From contig MWEF01000006.1 in the NCBI GenBank assembly GCA_002070905.1, forward strand, positions 1,821 to 65,820: a DNA stretch of 64,000 nucleotides, in the 5' to 3' direction. The notes under the pieces are model-generated. The model searched no databases. It saw nothing but the letters and a program-made list of their open reading frames with translations, and was not told the origin of the DNA. A program made the position numbers and the translations under genes. Positions 37,214 to 46,604 of this stretch are shown here, piece by piece. This DNA comes from Tenericutes bacterium ADurb.Bin087 (GTDB taxonomy: Bacteria; Bacillota_I; Bacilli_A; RFN20; CAG-826). Each line of letters opens with the position of its first letter. Position 1 is the first letter of the stretch.

Positions 37214-39058
37214 CTACGTCCATTCAAATTGACCAGTGTATAACTGATAGTAAACTTTACCTTCTAAAATTAAGTCTTCATGACTACCGCGTTCAATAAT
37301 CGACCCTTTTTCCATCACTAATATTGCTTTGGCATTCCGAATTGTACTTAAGCGATGCGCAATCACAAACACCGTTTTATCTTCCATTAATTCGTCCATC
37401 GCTTTTTCAATTAGTCTTTCGCTCCGCGTATCAATGGAACTTGTTGCTTCATCAAGGATTAAGACGGGTGGTTGTAAAATGGCCGCACGGGCAATCGCGA
37501 TTAGTTGGCGCTGACCACTCGAAAGATTCGCGCCATTATCATAAAGCAAAGTATCATACCCTTGTGGTAGCTTAATAATAAAATCATGAGCGTGGGCAAT
37601 TTTTGCGGCTCGTTCAACTTCGGCCATTGTCGCTCCAGGACTTGGATAAGCAATGTTTTCAAAAATAGTGCCAGTAAATAAATGTGTATCTTGAATAACA
37701 ACACTTACTGATTGCCGTAAGTCACTCTTTTTAATATGGCGAATATCAATCCCGTCATAATTAATCGTTCCGCTATAGATTTCATAAAAGCGCGTAATTA
37801 AGTTAATAATAGTTGTTTTACCTGCACCTGTCGAACCAACAAGGGCAACTTTTTCCCCTTTTTCGGCATGTAAACTAATATTATTTAACACCCGCTCATC
37901 TTTCTTGTAGCCAAAAATAACATCAGTAAAATCAACACGGCCCTTAAAGATTTCATATGTGTACCCTGTTTGAGTTGGTATTTTCCACGCTAAACTGTGG
38001 GTTGGGTGCTCAGTTTCTACAATCTTGCCATCAATTTCAACCGCGCTGACAAGACGCACTTTCCCTTCATCTACTTCTCCTTCAAGATCAAGGAAAGCAA
38101 AGATACGTTCAGCTCCTGATAAGCCGTTATAGAGCGCATTTAACTCTGTCATAAAGTTATTAAATGGATTTGAGCTTTGCCGGACATAAATTAAATAAGA
38201 TCCTAGTGCCCCAACACTTAACCACCCATTTAGGACAAAAAGCGCCCCAGCAATAGCACTAATTGCATAGTTAAAATATGAAAGACTCACAATCATCGGT
38301 GTTTTGCGCAGCACTAGTGTATTAGCGTAAATCCCACTTTTTGTTAATTCATCATTCCGCTTACTAAATTCCGCCATATCCGCTGTTTGATGGCTAAACA
38401 TCGCCGAAACTTTTAGTCCTAACATCATTTCTTCAACATAACTATTTAGTATAGCGGTATGTTTTTGAACACTACTAAAAGCAACACGCATCTTTTGGCT
38501 ATTACGGAGCACCATAAAAAACATAAGCGCGATAAAAAAGACGACAATCAGTGACAAATAAAAGTTAATAAGAAACAAGAAAACGATTGTGCCGATGCCT
38601 GTCACTGTCGAATAAATAATGGTTGTAAACCCAGTATTAAGCGCTTGGTTAAGTGTATCAACATCATTCGTAAAATAGTTCATAATTTCACCACGCGGTG
38701 TCTTGTCAAAATAAGCAAGCGATAATTTTTGACTATGCGCAAAAAGTTCATTTCTAATTTGCGCAATGACTGTTTGCGAATATTTAACCATCAGCGGATT
38801 ATAAATGAGGGCACTAAGTGCGCCTGACCCAAAGATAATCGCTAATTTGATTAAGGCTTTATTTAACCCCGCTAAATCAAAATTTAAGACGTATTTGTCG
38901 ACGATTTCACGCATTAAATAAATCCCGTACACATTAGTGAACCCGCTCCACACGACAAGGAGCACGATGACAATAAGGGGCACGGGCCGCTTAATTAAAT
39001 AACTAAAGAGCCGGCGCATTGTTTGCTTCATATATTGTGGCTTACGTTGCTTTTTCAT
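37214..39058 (-). CDS. ABC exporter half-transporter (TMD-NBD), canonical ATPase site
   Basis: Walker A GSTGAGKTT, signature LSSGQRQ, Walker B VLILDEATSSID, H-loop VIAHRLST. There is an extra ~40-aa insert before the first NBD strand. Confidence 0.9.
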   Translation of the reverse strand: MKKQRKPQYMKQTMRRLFSYLIKRPVPLIVIVLLVVWSGFTNVYGIYLMREIVDKYVLNFDLAGLNKALIKLAIIFGSGALSALIYNPLMVKYSQTVIAQIRNELFAHSQKLSLAYFDKTPRGEIMNYFTNDVDTLNQALNTGFTTIIYSTVTGIGTIVFLFLINFYLSLIVVFFIALMFFMVLRNSQKMRVAFSSVQKHTAILNSYVEEMMLGLKVSAMFSHQTADMAEFSKRNDELTKSGIYANTLVLRKTPMIVSLSYFNYAISAIAGALFVLNGWLSVGALGSYLIYVRQSSNPFNNFMTELNALYNGLSGAERIFAFLDLEGEVDEGKVRLVSAVEIDGKIVETEHPTHSLAWKIPTQTGYTYEIFKGRVDFTDVIFGYKKDERVLNNISLHAEKGEKVALVGSTGAGKTTIINLITRFYEIYSGTINYDGIDIRHIKKSDLRQSVSVVIQDTHLFTGTIFENIAYPSPGATMAEVERAAKIAHAHDFIIKLPQGYDTLLYDNGANLSSGQRQLIAIARAAILQPPVLILDEATSSIDTRSERLIEKAMDELMEDKTVFVIAHRLSTIRNAKAILVMEKGSIIERGSHEDLILEGKVYYQLYTGQFEWT

Positions 39059-40812
39059 GCCTTTGCTCCCTTTAGTTGTGTTAAGTAAATATCTTTATAA
39101 ATCTCATCATTTTCGACTAGAGTATGATGCGTTCCGCGCCCATGGATTTCGCCATCATGTAATACTAAAATATGATCAGCGTCTTTAATTGCACTAACGC
39201 GTTGTGACACAATAATTAGTGTTAGCTCTGGATAAAGTTTTCGTAATTTCGTCCGAATCTTCGCTTCATTAATCGTATCAATAGCCGAGAGTGAATCATC
39301 AAGCACTAAAATCTGTGGCCGTTTTAAAAGCGCACGCGCTAAAGCGATGCGTTGCTTTTGCCCACCCGAAAGTTGTGAACCAGCTTGGCCGACTTCACTA
39401 TTTAACCCGTTTGCTAATTTAGCAACAATTTCATCACTGAGACTTGCTTCTAAAGCACGTGCAATTTCTGCTTCACTAGCGTAATTGTTACCCCACGCAA
39501 GGTTATCTTTAATCGAGCCACTAAAAAGCACATTATTTTGAAAGACAATATTAATTGCCGCTAAAAGTTTATCTTCACTATAGTCCTTAACATTATGGTC
39601 GCCAATAATTATTTCGCCAGCGCTAACATCGTATAACCGTGCTAAAAGATGCACTAATGTTGATTTCCCACTCCCTGTTTGGCCAATAATGCCAAGTGTT
39701 TCACCCGCTTTAAGTGTAAAATTAATATTTTTTAGCGCATAGTTATCCGCACTTGTGCCTGGGTATTTAAAACTAACATCTTTAACAATCACAGCCGCTT
39801 GACTTGAAACTTCTAAATCATTAATTAAGTACTCAAGACTAGTGTCAGTGTTAAGCACTTCCCGAATGCGTTTATGGGAAGCAGTTGTCCGTCCAAACAT
39901 AATTAAAATCTGCGCTAACATAAGCAAAGCATTTAATAGTTGTAATACAAATGTAAGCAACCCTTGAATTTCCCCAATCTTTGCTCCACCAGTATTAATC
40001 AAATTACCACCAACGAGCAATAAACCAATAATGGTCGAATAAAGGCCAAGTTGCATAATTGGCCCATTTAACGAAACAATCATAAAGGCGCGACTTGCGA
40101 CTTTACGATAAGTCTTATTAATAGCGCTAAACTTAGTTTGTTCTTGGTCTTCAGTAACATAAGCTTTAACAACCCGAATGGCTTGAAAGTTTTCTTGTAA
40201 AGTACGATTTAATTCATCAAAATTACGCTGCATTCGTTCATAAAGCGGACGTACTCTTAACACAATAATAAACATCAAAAGGGCAACGATTGGTAAAGTA
40301 AGGGCAAACACAATTGCTACTTTAGAATTCATATTGAAACTTAACATTAACACCATTGTAATCATAAAGGGAGCGCGGAAAATACCCCGCATTCCAATAA
40401 TAATGGCATTTTGAATAGTGTATGTATCATTTGTTAAACGGGTAATAAGCGATGATACAGCAAATTTATCCCGCGCTTCTTGATCGAGACTTTGCAATTT
40501 AGCAAATTGAGCACGACGTAATTCAGCACCATAGCGTTGCCCTGTGCGCGCGACATAACGAACGCCAAACACACCAACAAAAAAGGCAAGAAACGCACAA
40601 GCAACCATTAAAGCACCCCATTTATAAATATAAGGCACGTCATTATTAGCAATCCCAATATCAACAACACGGCTAGCCATAAAGGGTACTAATGTTTCTA
40701 AAGCTGTTTCCAGTAAAATAAAAAAGATGGCGAGAATCGCTTCTTTCCACACTACTTTAAAATATTTAAATAGTCCTCTATTCATAGGACTATTATGCCA
40801 GTAAAAATGCAT
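39055..40812 (-). CDS. ABC exporter half-transporter (TMD-NBD), degenerate site
   Basis: Walker A GQTGSGKST, signature LSGGQKQ, Walker B ILVLDDSLSAID (Asp for Glu), H-loop replaced (IVSQRVSA). 4-nt overlap with the downstream partner. Confidence 0.9.
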   Translation of the reverse strand: MHFYWHNSPMNRGLFKYFKVVWKEAILAIFFILLETALETLVPFMASRVVDIGIANNDVPYIYKWGALMVACAFLAFFVGVFGVRYVARTGQRYGAELRRAQFAKLQSLDQEARDKFAVSSLITRLTNDTYTIQNAIIIGMRGIFRAPFMITMVLMLSFNMNSKVAIVFALTLPIVALLMFIIVLRVRPLYERMQRNFDELNRTLQENFQAIRVVKAYVTEDQEQTKFSAINKTYRKVASRAFMIVSLNGPIMQLGLYSTIIGLLLVGGNLINTGGAKIGEIQGLLTFVLQLLNALLMLAQILIMFGRTTASHKRIREVLNTDTSLEYLINDLEVSSQAAVIVKDVSFKYPGTSADNYALKNINFTLKAGETLGIIGQTGSGKSTLVHLLARLYDVSAGEIIIGDHNVKDYSEDKLLAAINIVFQNNVLFSGSIKDNLAWGNNYASEAEIARALEASLSDEIVAKLANGLNSEVGQAGSQLSGGQKQRIALARALLKRPQILVLDDSLSAIDTINEAKIRTKLRKLYPELTLIIVSQRVSAIKDADHILVLHDGEIHGRGTHHTLVENDEIYKDIYLTQLKGAKA

Positions 40813-40832
40813 TATTTCTATATATACGTATC

Positions 40833-41684
40833 TTAATTTTGTTTAGTTAACGTTTGCAACGTTACTAGACGCCCTTTGCGTAATTTTAACCGCCCGCCAA
40901 GCCAAAAATATTTTTCACGTTTAAGATAAGCAATCAGCGCTTTAGCGTTATTATATCCTAAATAAAAGTATCGTTCGGTTTTATCTACGCTAAAATCAAG
41001 TGACACTTTCGGAAATTGTCCTAGCTCTTCAAGCGGTGTAAAGTCGATATGGAGCCGACCCGGCAATACTTTTGTTGGCATTAATTTCGGATCTAAACCG
41101 ACCGAAATAATAATATTAGCGTTCGCAATAAGCGCGGGAGTTACAGGAAAATTATCGACTAAACCGCCATCAACATAGCGGACACCGTCAATCTCTTTTT
41201 CACCAAAGACAAGCGGGATGGCTGCGCTTGCTAACACCGCTTTAAGTGGGTCTTCGCTTGTATTGAGATGCACAACTTCCTTTTCATATTTTTTCATGTT
41301 CAATTTGGCAAAAATGCCTTTCGTTGGCACTTTTGCTAATGTAACATAACCTTCAATTTTCGTGCGTTTGAAAGCTTCGTCATTAGTGAATGGTAAGATT
41401 TTTTCTAAAATGCCTTTGGTATTATAAAAGCCGCTTACATTCCATGTTTCTTTAAATTTATTTTTCCCATAAATCGCCTCATTGGTAAACTTGCGCCACA
41501 CATTGATCATGTCTTCAATGCTTAAATCATGCATTAATAAAAGTGTATGAATGGCGCCAATTGATGTGCCACTTGCCACTCTGATACGTTTTAACATTTT
41601 AGCCTCGTGGAGTGCTTTTAATACACCAATTTGATAAGAACCTTTGGCGCCACCACCACCTAAAACTAAGGCGATTTTTTTCAT
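40833..41684 (-). CDS. patatin-like phospholipase
   Basis: Oxyanion GGGGAKGSY, nucleophile elbow GTSIGA (GxSxG), catalytic Asp motif VDGGLVDN. Confidence 0.85.
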   Translation of the reverse strand: MKKIALVLGGGGAKGSYQIGVLKALHEAKMLKRIRVASGTSIGAIHTLLLMHDLSIEDMINVWRKFTNEAIYGKNKFKETWNVSGFYNTKGILEKILPFTNDEAFKRTKIEGYVTLAKVPTKGIFAKLNMKKYEKEVVHLNTSEDPLKAVLASAAIPLVFGEKEIDGVRYVDGGLVDNFPVTPALIANANIIISVGLDPKLMPTKVLPGRLHIDFTPLEELGQFPKVSLDFSVDKTERYFYLGYNNAKALIAYLKREKYFWLGGRLKLRKGRLVTLQTLTKQN

Positions 41685-41687
41685 AGA

Positions 41688-42452
41688 TTAAATCTTTCGA
41701 ATGAGTCCAGCGGCTAAAAGTTCGTCCGTATTTTGCGCTGCTGGTAAATCATCATTACTAGGTTTATATTTTGGGTCTTTTTTAAGTTCAAGCTTCGCCA
41801 TTAATAATTCAATTGCTTGAAGAGCGCGTTTAACACCAGTGTTGCCACTGATGCGTAATAAACTTGGGGTAATTTCATGCTCTTTATACTGACTAACATC
41901 ATCAATCTTAATGTTTACTTCACTTAATTCTTCAGTACTTAAGGCGATATACATCCGTAATATATTACCAATTAGTTTAAATTTGATGATTGTTTTTCCG
42001 CTTAATGTAAAGCGTTCTTCGCGCCATGAAATCGTATTATTAACACTTTCGTAAGCAAGTATTTCTTGTTTTAGTTTTAAGTAACGTTCACGGCTTGCTT
42101 GTGGCGCTAAACTAACTTGTGCAGTGTAAGAATAACTATATTTAATCGCGGCAAATTGATCATCAGTTTCTGCCGTTTTGACTTTTACTTCTTTTTTAAC
42201 TGCAACCTTTTTAGGTTCCGCTTTTACTGCTGTTTGCTTTTCTTCAATTTTTACTTCTTCTGCGGAAGCGACCACTTTTTCTTCAAGTGGCATCTCCACC
42301 ATTTTTAAAACGCGTTCTTCGGGCCGCATTTTTTCTTTAGGCGGTTCTTTTTTCGAAACAATTAAATAAATCACGACCGCTAAAAGGAGAAAGGCGAAAA
42401 ATAATACAATTGTTAATGTGTCATTGTCTACGGTATTGGCGAATATTTTCAT
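41688..42452 (-). CDS. N-terminally membrane-anchored protein with a K/E-rich linker and an unknown C-terminal domain
   Basis: One TM helix (IVLFFAFLLLAVVIYLIV), about 70 aa of KE-rich low complexity, then a ~150-aa globular part. Start taken as the ATG at 42452, 6 nt behind AAGGAGA. Confidence 0.55.
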   Translation of the reverse strand: MKIFANTVDNDTLTIVLFFAFLLLAVVIYLIVSKKEPPKEKMRPEERVLKMVEMPLEEKVVASAEEVKIEEKQTAVKAEPKKVAVKKEVKVKTAETDDQFAAIKYSYSYTAQVSLAPQASRERYLKLKQEILAYESVNNTISWREERFTLSGKTIIKFKLIGNILRMYIALSTEELSEVNIKIDDVSQYKEHEITPSLLRISGNTGVKRALQAIELLMAKLELKKDPKYKPSNDDLPAAQNTDELLAAGLIRKI

Positions 42453-42532
42453 GCTTATCTCCTTTTTCATAGCGCGATATTTGTAAGTTTATTGTACTTA
42501 TTTTAAGTGCTTTTTGCAATGTTTTACCTAAA

Positions 42533-43243
42533 TTACTCGACAATTGTCGCCGCTAACGCATTTATTTCATCTTCTCGCAAACCGATGTGCGAAAGATAGG
42601 CTCTGCTACCACCATATTTTGTATATAAGTGATCAAGTGTCCGTTCCATATATTCGGGTTCACTTAAAATAAAGCGACGCCATTCAGATTTAATCGATGT
42701 ATAACCAGGTCTTGCTAAGTTATTTGAGTATGATTCACTGTAATTTTCAACGATTGTTGAATGCGGTACACCGACTAAATCAAGCAGTAACATCGTGACG
42801 ACACCAGTGCGGTCTTTGCCGGCGGTACAGTGAAAATAAATCCCTTCATTTTTATGTTTTAAAAAGATGCGAAAAATGGTGAGTAATTTGTCTTGCGAGT
42901 CATCAAGTAAGTCAATGTATAAATCCGTCATATCTTGATAACCTTGTTCCCGCATTTGCCAAAACTCGCCCATCATATCAACATGGTAATACTCAATATC
43001 GTGATAATCGCGCATTGGGCTTGGGGTTTTATCAATTTCTTTAGTGTAACGAAGATCAACAATAATCCGCACCCCTAAATTATAAAAGAATGCTTTTTCC
43101 GCTTCTGTCATTGTCCCTTTCGCTGTTCCACGAATATATTTATAACGCCGTGTCTTCGTCCCATACTTTGTGGCGATGTGCCCAAGGTCACGCACGTTGT
43201 ACAAATTATTTAAGATGAATAAATTGTTTTCTTGTTTAACCAT
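42533..43243 (-). CDS. protein-tyrosine phosphatase (Y_phosphatase3-like)
   Basis: CX5R active site HCTAGKDRTG. Start taken as the ATG at 43243 behind GGGAGGG. Confidence 0.8.
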   Translation of the reverse strand: MVKQENNLFILNNLYNVRDLGHIATKYGTKTRRYKYIRGTAKGTMTEAEKAFFYNLGVRIIVDLRYTKEIDKTPSPMRDYHDIEYYHVDMMGEFWQMREQGYQDMTDLYIDLLDDSQDKLLTIFRIFLKHKNEGIYFHCTAGKDRTGVVTMLLLDLVGVPHSTIVENYSESYSNNLARPGYTSIKSEWRRFILSEPEYMERTLDHLYTKYGGSRAYLSHIGLREDEINALAATIVE

Positions 43244-43535
43244 ATTTTGCCCTCCCGCTTTTAATATCATAACACATTAATGCTTTTCCTTCGTTGTTAA
43301 AGAAAGTAGAGTGGTCGTTCGTTATATTTGCTAAATATAGTGTTAAAATCAGAATAAAATGTTAACGTTATCATTATTTTTGAAAATTTCAGGTTATTTT
43401 CCAAAAATTTATATCTTTTTGGTTGTATTATCAGGTAAATATGGTTTAATTAAGTTATGATACCTTTAAAAAAGTAGGTAACCGCCGAATACAAATAATG
43501 AAGAATGTATATCGGAAAAAATGTTTTGAAATGCT

Positions 43536-44309
43536 ATGAAAAAAATCGTTGTTCCACTGTTATTATTATTATCCCTTGTGGGATGTAAAACTGAAACACT
43601 AATTCGTGTCGTTACAAATGGTTGTATTCATACCGAAATTTTAAATGCGGCTAAAGCACCATTAAAAGCAAAAGGCTATCGTTTACAAATTGACACTTTT
43701 AATAATCCCACATTAGCGAATAATTCAATATCTAGTGGGGGAGTGGACGCTAGTTTATCACAAAAAACCGATGATTTACTTAAATACAATGCCCGCGTTT
43801 CAAAACGTGCGGAACTTACAAGCGCGGGCCGGGTTTATATCTCAGCGCTTGGTCTCTACACTGGGACTAAAACAACACTTGACGATTACACTCCAGGTGA
43901 CAAGATTGTCATCAGTGATCGCGCCGAAGATTTTGAACGCATCATGCGGTTTATCAATGAAGTTTTTGCTTTTAAATTTTCGACTGATAAAAACAATATG
44001 CGCAATAAACCGCGAATCGGTGATGCCCTGACCGTTGAATATATGAATCCTGACTTAATTCCTGAAGCACAAAAGCATCCCGCAGAAGCGTTTTACATCA
44101 TGACTGGCGCGCAAGCTTATGCAAGTGGACTTAGTTATAATAATATTCTCGCAACGGAAAGAAACAGGGATTATGCTTTTATTTTAACAATTCGCCGTGG
44201 TGAAGAAAATAATGGCAAAATCCGCGCATTAATGGATGTGTTATATAGCGATGAAATGCATGATTTTATCGTTGACCATTTCCGCGGTTTAATTTTCCCC
44301 TATCGTTAA
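43536..44309 (+). CDS. MetQ/NlpA-family lipoprotein (orphan substrate-binding protein)
   Basis: Lipobox LLSLVGC. It aligns by eye with E. coli MetQ (LQIDTFNNPTLANNSISSGGVDASLSQK versus VELVTFNDYVLPNEALSKGDIDANAFQH). No permease or ATPase gene is adjacent. Confidence 0.65.
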   Translation: MKKIVVPLLLLLSLVGCKTETLIRVVTNGCIHTEILNAAKAPLKAKGYRLQIDTFNNPTLANNSISSGGVDASLSQKTDDLLKYNARVSKRAELTSAGRVYISALGLYTGTKTTLDDYTPGDKIVISDRAEDFERIMRFINEVFAFKFSTDKNNMRNKPRIGDALTVEYMNPDLIPEAQKHPAEAFYIMTGAQAYASGLSYNNILATERNRDYAFILTIRRGEENNGKIRALMDVLYSDEMHDFIVDHFRGLIFPYR

Positions 44310-44312
44310 TAT

Positions 44313-44987
44313 TTATAAATGGCTTTGTAGGGCTTTTGCAATTACCGCATAGCCTTTACCCGATATATGTAATCCTTCAACAGTATAATGACGGTCTAAC
44401 CGTCCTTTTTTATCTTTTAAGAGCGTATAGAAATCTAAATATTTAAGTCCTTCTGCCGCACATAATTCCACTAAAAGTTCATTTGTTTTTTGGATTTTCT
44501 TGTTCGTCCGTAACCCAACAATAAGCGGTGATAAAAATTTCTTTGTATGGGAAACAGGATAGAGTGAAAGACAAATAATTTCGATGTTTAATACTTCCTT
44601 TTTAAACGTTGACACAATCTTTTTAACATTATTAATAATCTTTCGTGGGCTACTCGCTTTCGCTAAGTCATTTGTGCCAATTTGCAAAAATAACTTGCGG
44701 GGCTGTAGTGCCACCACGTTATCAATCCGTTTTAATATGTCTTTCGTCGTATCGCCAGCAATCCCGCGGTTATATATCTTCACACCAGGAAAGAAATCTT
44801 GAATTGGAAAAAAGTCGGTTAAACTATCACCCAAAAAGACAATTTTACCTGGTTTAGCATTTTTATTAACTTCTTCAAAAATTTCTAAACGATTAATCGC
44901 ATTTGTGTGGACCACAAATAAATAGATAGCGACAAAAATAATTAATGCTCCTAACAAACTTACTAATACAATTTCTAGTGCACTCAT
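44313..44987 (-). CDS. SGNH/GDSL hydrolase with N-terminal membrane anchor
   Basis: Block I VFLGDSLTD, block II GIAGDTT, block III GTND, block V EGLHISGKGY. N-terminal TM helix present. Confidence 0.8.
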   Translation of the reverse strand: MSALEIVLVSLLGALIIFVAIYLFVVHTNAINRLEIFEEVNKNAKPGKIVFLGDSLTDFFPIQDFFPGVKIYNRGIAGDTTKDILKRIDNVVALQPRKLFLQIGTNDLAKASSPRKIINNVKKIVSTFKKEVLNIEIICLSLYPVSHTKKFLSPLIVGLRTNKKIQKTNELLVELCAAEGLKYLDFYTLLKDKKGRLDRHYTVEGLHISGKGYAVIAKALQSHL

Positions 44988-45030
44988 AATAAGTTGCTCC
45001 TCTTTTTAATTATCTACATTTTAGCAAACA

Positions 45031-45061
45031 AATAACAAAATCGCTCACTGATAGAGCGATT
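45031..45061 (-). terminator. intrinsic terminator after the ATPase gene
   Basis: AATCGCTC-actgata-GAGCGATT hairpin, followed on the minus strand by TTTTGTTATTT. Confidence 0.65.
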
Positions 45062-45154
45062 TATAGATAATCTTTTTTAATAAACTATGGATTATTTCAT
45101 TAATTTTTCAAGAACATGAGTAAATGACTATTCATAACTTTGAAAACAATAAGC

Positions 45155-46435
45155 TTAAGGTTTAAGTGTTCCTAGTGGAATCACTAAAACCCCGTCATCT
45201 CTTTTATAACCATATTTTGTCGCGGTAATAATAATTTTTAAATCAGGCAAGCGTAGTGGTGTTTGTTTTTCCTTTGCGTTATATTCTTTAATTAAACGCT
45301 CTAATTCAAGTAAGTGCTTAGCGCCTTCATCAATATCACTTTCCCCTAATTTAAACTCGAATAATGCAAAGCGGCCATCGTTAAGATGTAACACCGCATC
45401 AGCTTCGAGACCATATCTGTCATGGTAGTAAGAAAGCGAACCATCAAGTACTGAAGCATATATTTTTAAATCTCGCATACACAAAGATTCAAAGAGAAAT
45501 CCTAGTGTCTTAAAATCCTCGTTAAAATATTGCGGTGATATTCCTAGTGCTGCAACGGCAATTGAAGGATCCACTAAATTTCTTTTTTTCGATGAACGTA
45601 TCGCAGTACGCGATCGAATTGATGGATTCCATGCATCAATATCGTCGATGATATATAGTTTTTCTAATACTTGTATATAATCATTTAAAGTAGATTGACT
45701 TATATCAAAATTAGCATTTACATCACCCCATATCGTTTTTGTGGTCGCAAGGGTGCATATATTCCGACTATAGGATTTTAAAATCTCACGCGTCCATCGC
45801 TCATTTCTTTGAATATTATCAATGTTAGAAATATCAACATGACAAGTTTGTCTAAATAAATCCTTAGCAACTTCTAATTGTGACCGCGCTGTTTTATTAA
45901 AAAGAGTTTGTGGCCAACCACCGCGACATATTGCAAAAATAATATCATCAATTGTCATATCTGACACACAGCCTTTAAATGAATTAGGATCATTAAATAA
46001 ATTTTGTAGTGAAACGGTGCCATTTGATTCTTCACTTTCATATAAACTCATCGGATACATTTGCAGCCGACTGATACGCATTGTCCCAGTATGTGGAGTT
46101 TCAATGTCTTTTGACGATGAGCCAGTCAAGATGTATAACCCATTTTCTCGTTCATCATCAATCGATTTTCTAATTGCACCCCAAAGTTTTGGTGCATCTT
46201 GCCACTCATCAAATAAACGCGGTTTATCACCGATTAGTAATTTACTTGGTACATTATTAGCAACAGCAAGTAAATTATCGCGTTGATCCTCGTCTTGAAA
46301 TTCGACAACACTTTTCGCTCTTTGTTTAGCAGATGTCGTTTTCCCACAACCTTTAGGACCAACAATAAGTGTCGCACCAAAAGATTCTAACTTTAAATCT
46401 AATAAATCATCAATAATTCTTTTTTTATAATCCAT
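45155..46435 (-). CDS. AAA-type ATPase with C-terminal DUF4143-like domain
   Basis: Walker A GPKGCGKTT and Walker B PRLFDEWQ. The 426-aa architecture is typical of AAA_14 + DUF4143 ATP-binding proteins (from memory). Confidence 0.7.
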   Translation of the reverse strand: MDYKKRIIDDLLDLKLESFGATLIVGPKGCGKTTSAKQRAKSVVEFQDEDQRDNLLAVANNVPSKLLIGDKPRLFDEWQDAPKLWGAIRKSIDDERENGLYILTGSSSKDIETPHTGTMRISRLQMYPMSLYESEESNGTVSLQNLFNDPNSFKGCVSDMTIDDIIFAICRGGWPQTLFNKTARSQLEVAKDLFRQTCHVDISNIDNIQRNERWTREILKSYSRNICTLATTKTIWGDVNANFDISQSTLNDYIQVLEKLYIIDDIDAWNPSIRSRTAIRSSKKRNLVDPSIAVAALGISPQYFNEDFKTLGFLFESLCMRDLKIYASVLDGSLSYYHDRYGLEADAVLHLNDGRFALFEFKLGESDIDEGAKHLLELERLIKEYNAKEKQTPLRLPDLKIIITATKYGYKRDDGVLVIPLGTLKP

Positions 46436-46496
46436 AACAGACTCCTTGTTATTACAACAATAACATATTTAATAGTTTTAGTAAAGGCCTTTTACT

Positions 46497-46554
46497 ATGT
46501 TTTGTGGTGTTCTGTTGTTATGTTTTGTGGTAATTTGATAATGTCTTTTGTGAT
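46497..46554. repeat. direct repeats ATGTTTTGTGGT x2 plus a degenerate third copy
   Basis: Exact 12-mers at 46497-46508 and 46520-46531. ATGTCTTTTGTGAT at 46541-46554. Confidence 0.8.
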
Positions 46555-46604
46555 AAACACAAGACATATTAGAATTAAAATAGTATCAGTACAGCAATAT
46601 TTCA

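Noticed and set aside
40833-41684. Patatin-like phospholipase as a CBASS-type (CapV-like) defence effector.
   Set aside because: There is no cyclic-nucleotide synthase (CD-NTase), SAVED/STING or other sensor gene nearby. The neighbours are a phosphatase, an unknown membrane protein and ABC exporters.
43271-43535. Expected a SAM or T-box riboswitch upstream of the MetQ-like lipoprotein gene.
   Set aside because: The region is AT-rich, without the GC-rich conserved cores of SAM-I/SAM-II or a T-box specifier/T-box sequence. Nothing there is supportable.
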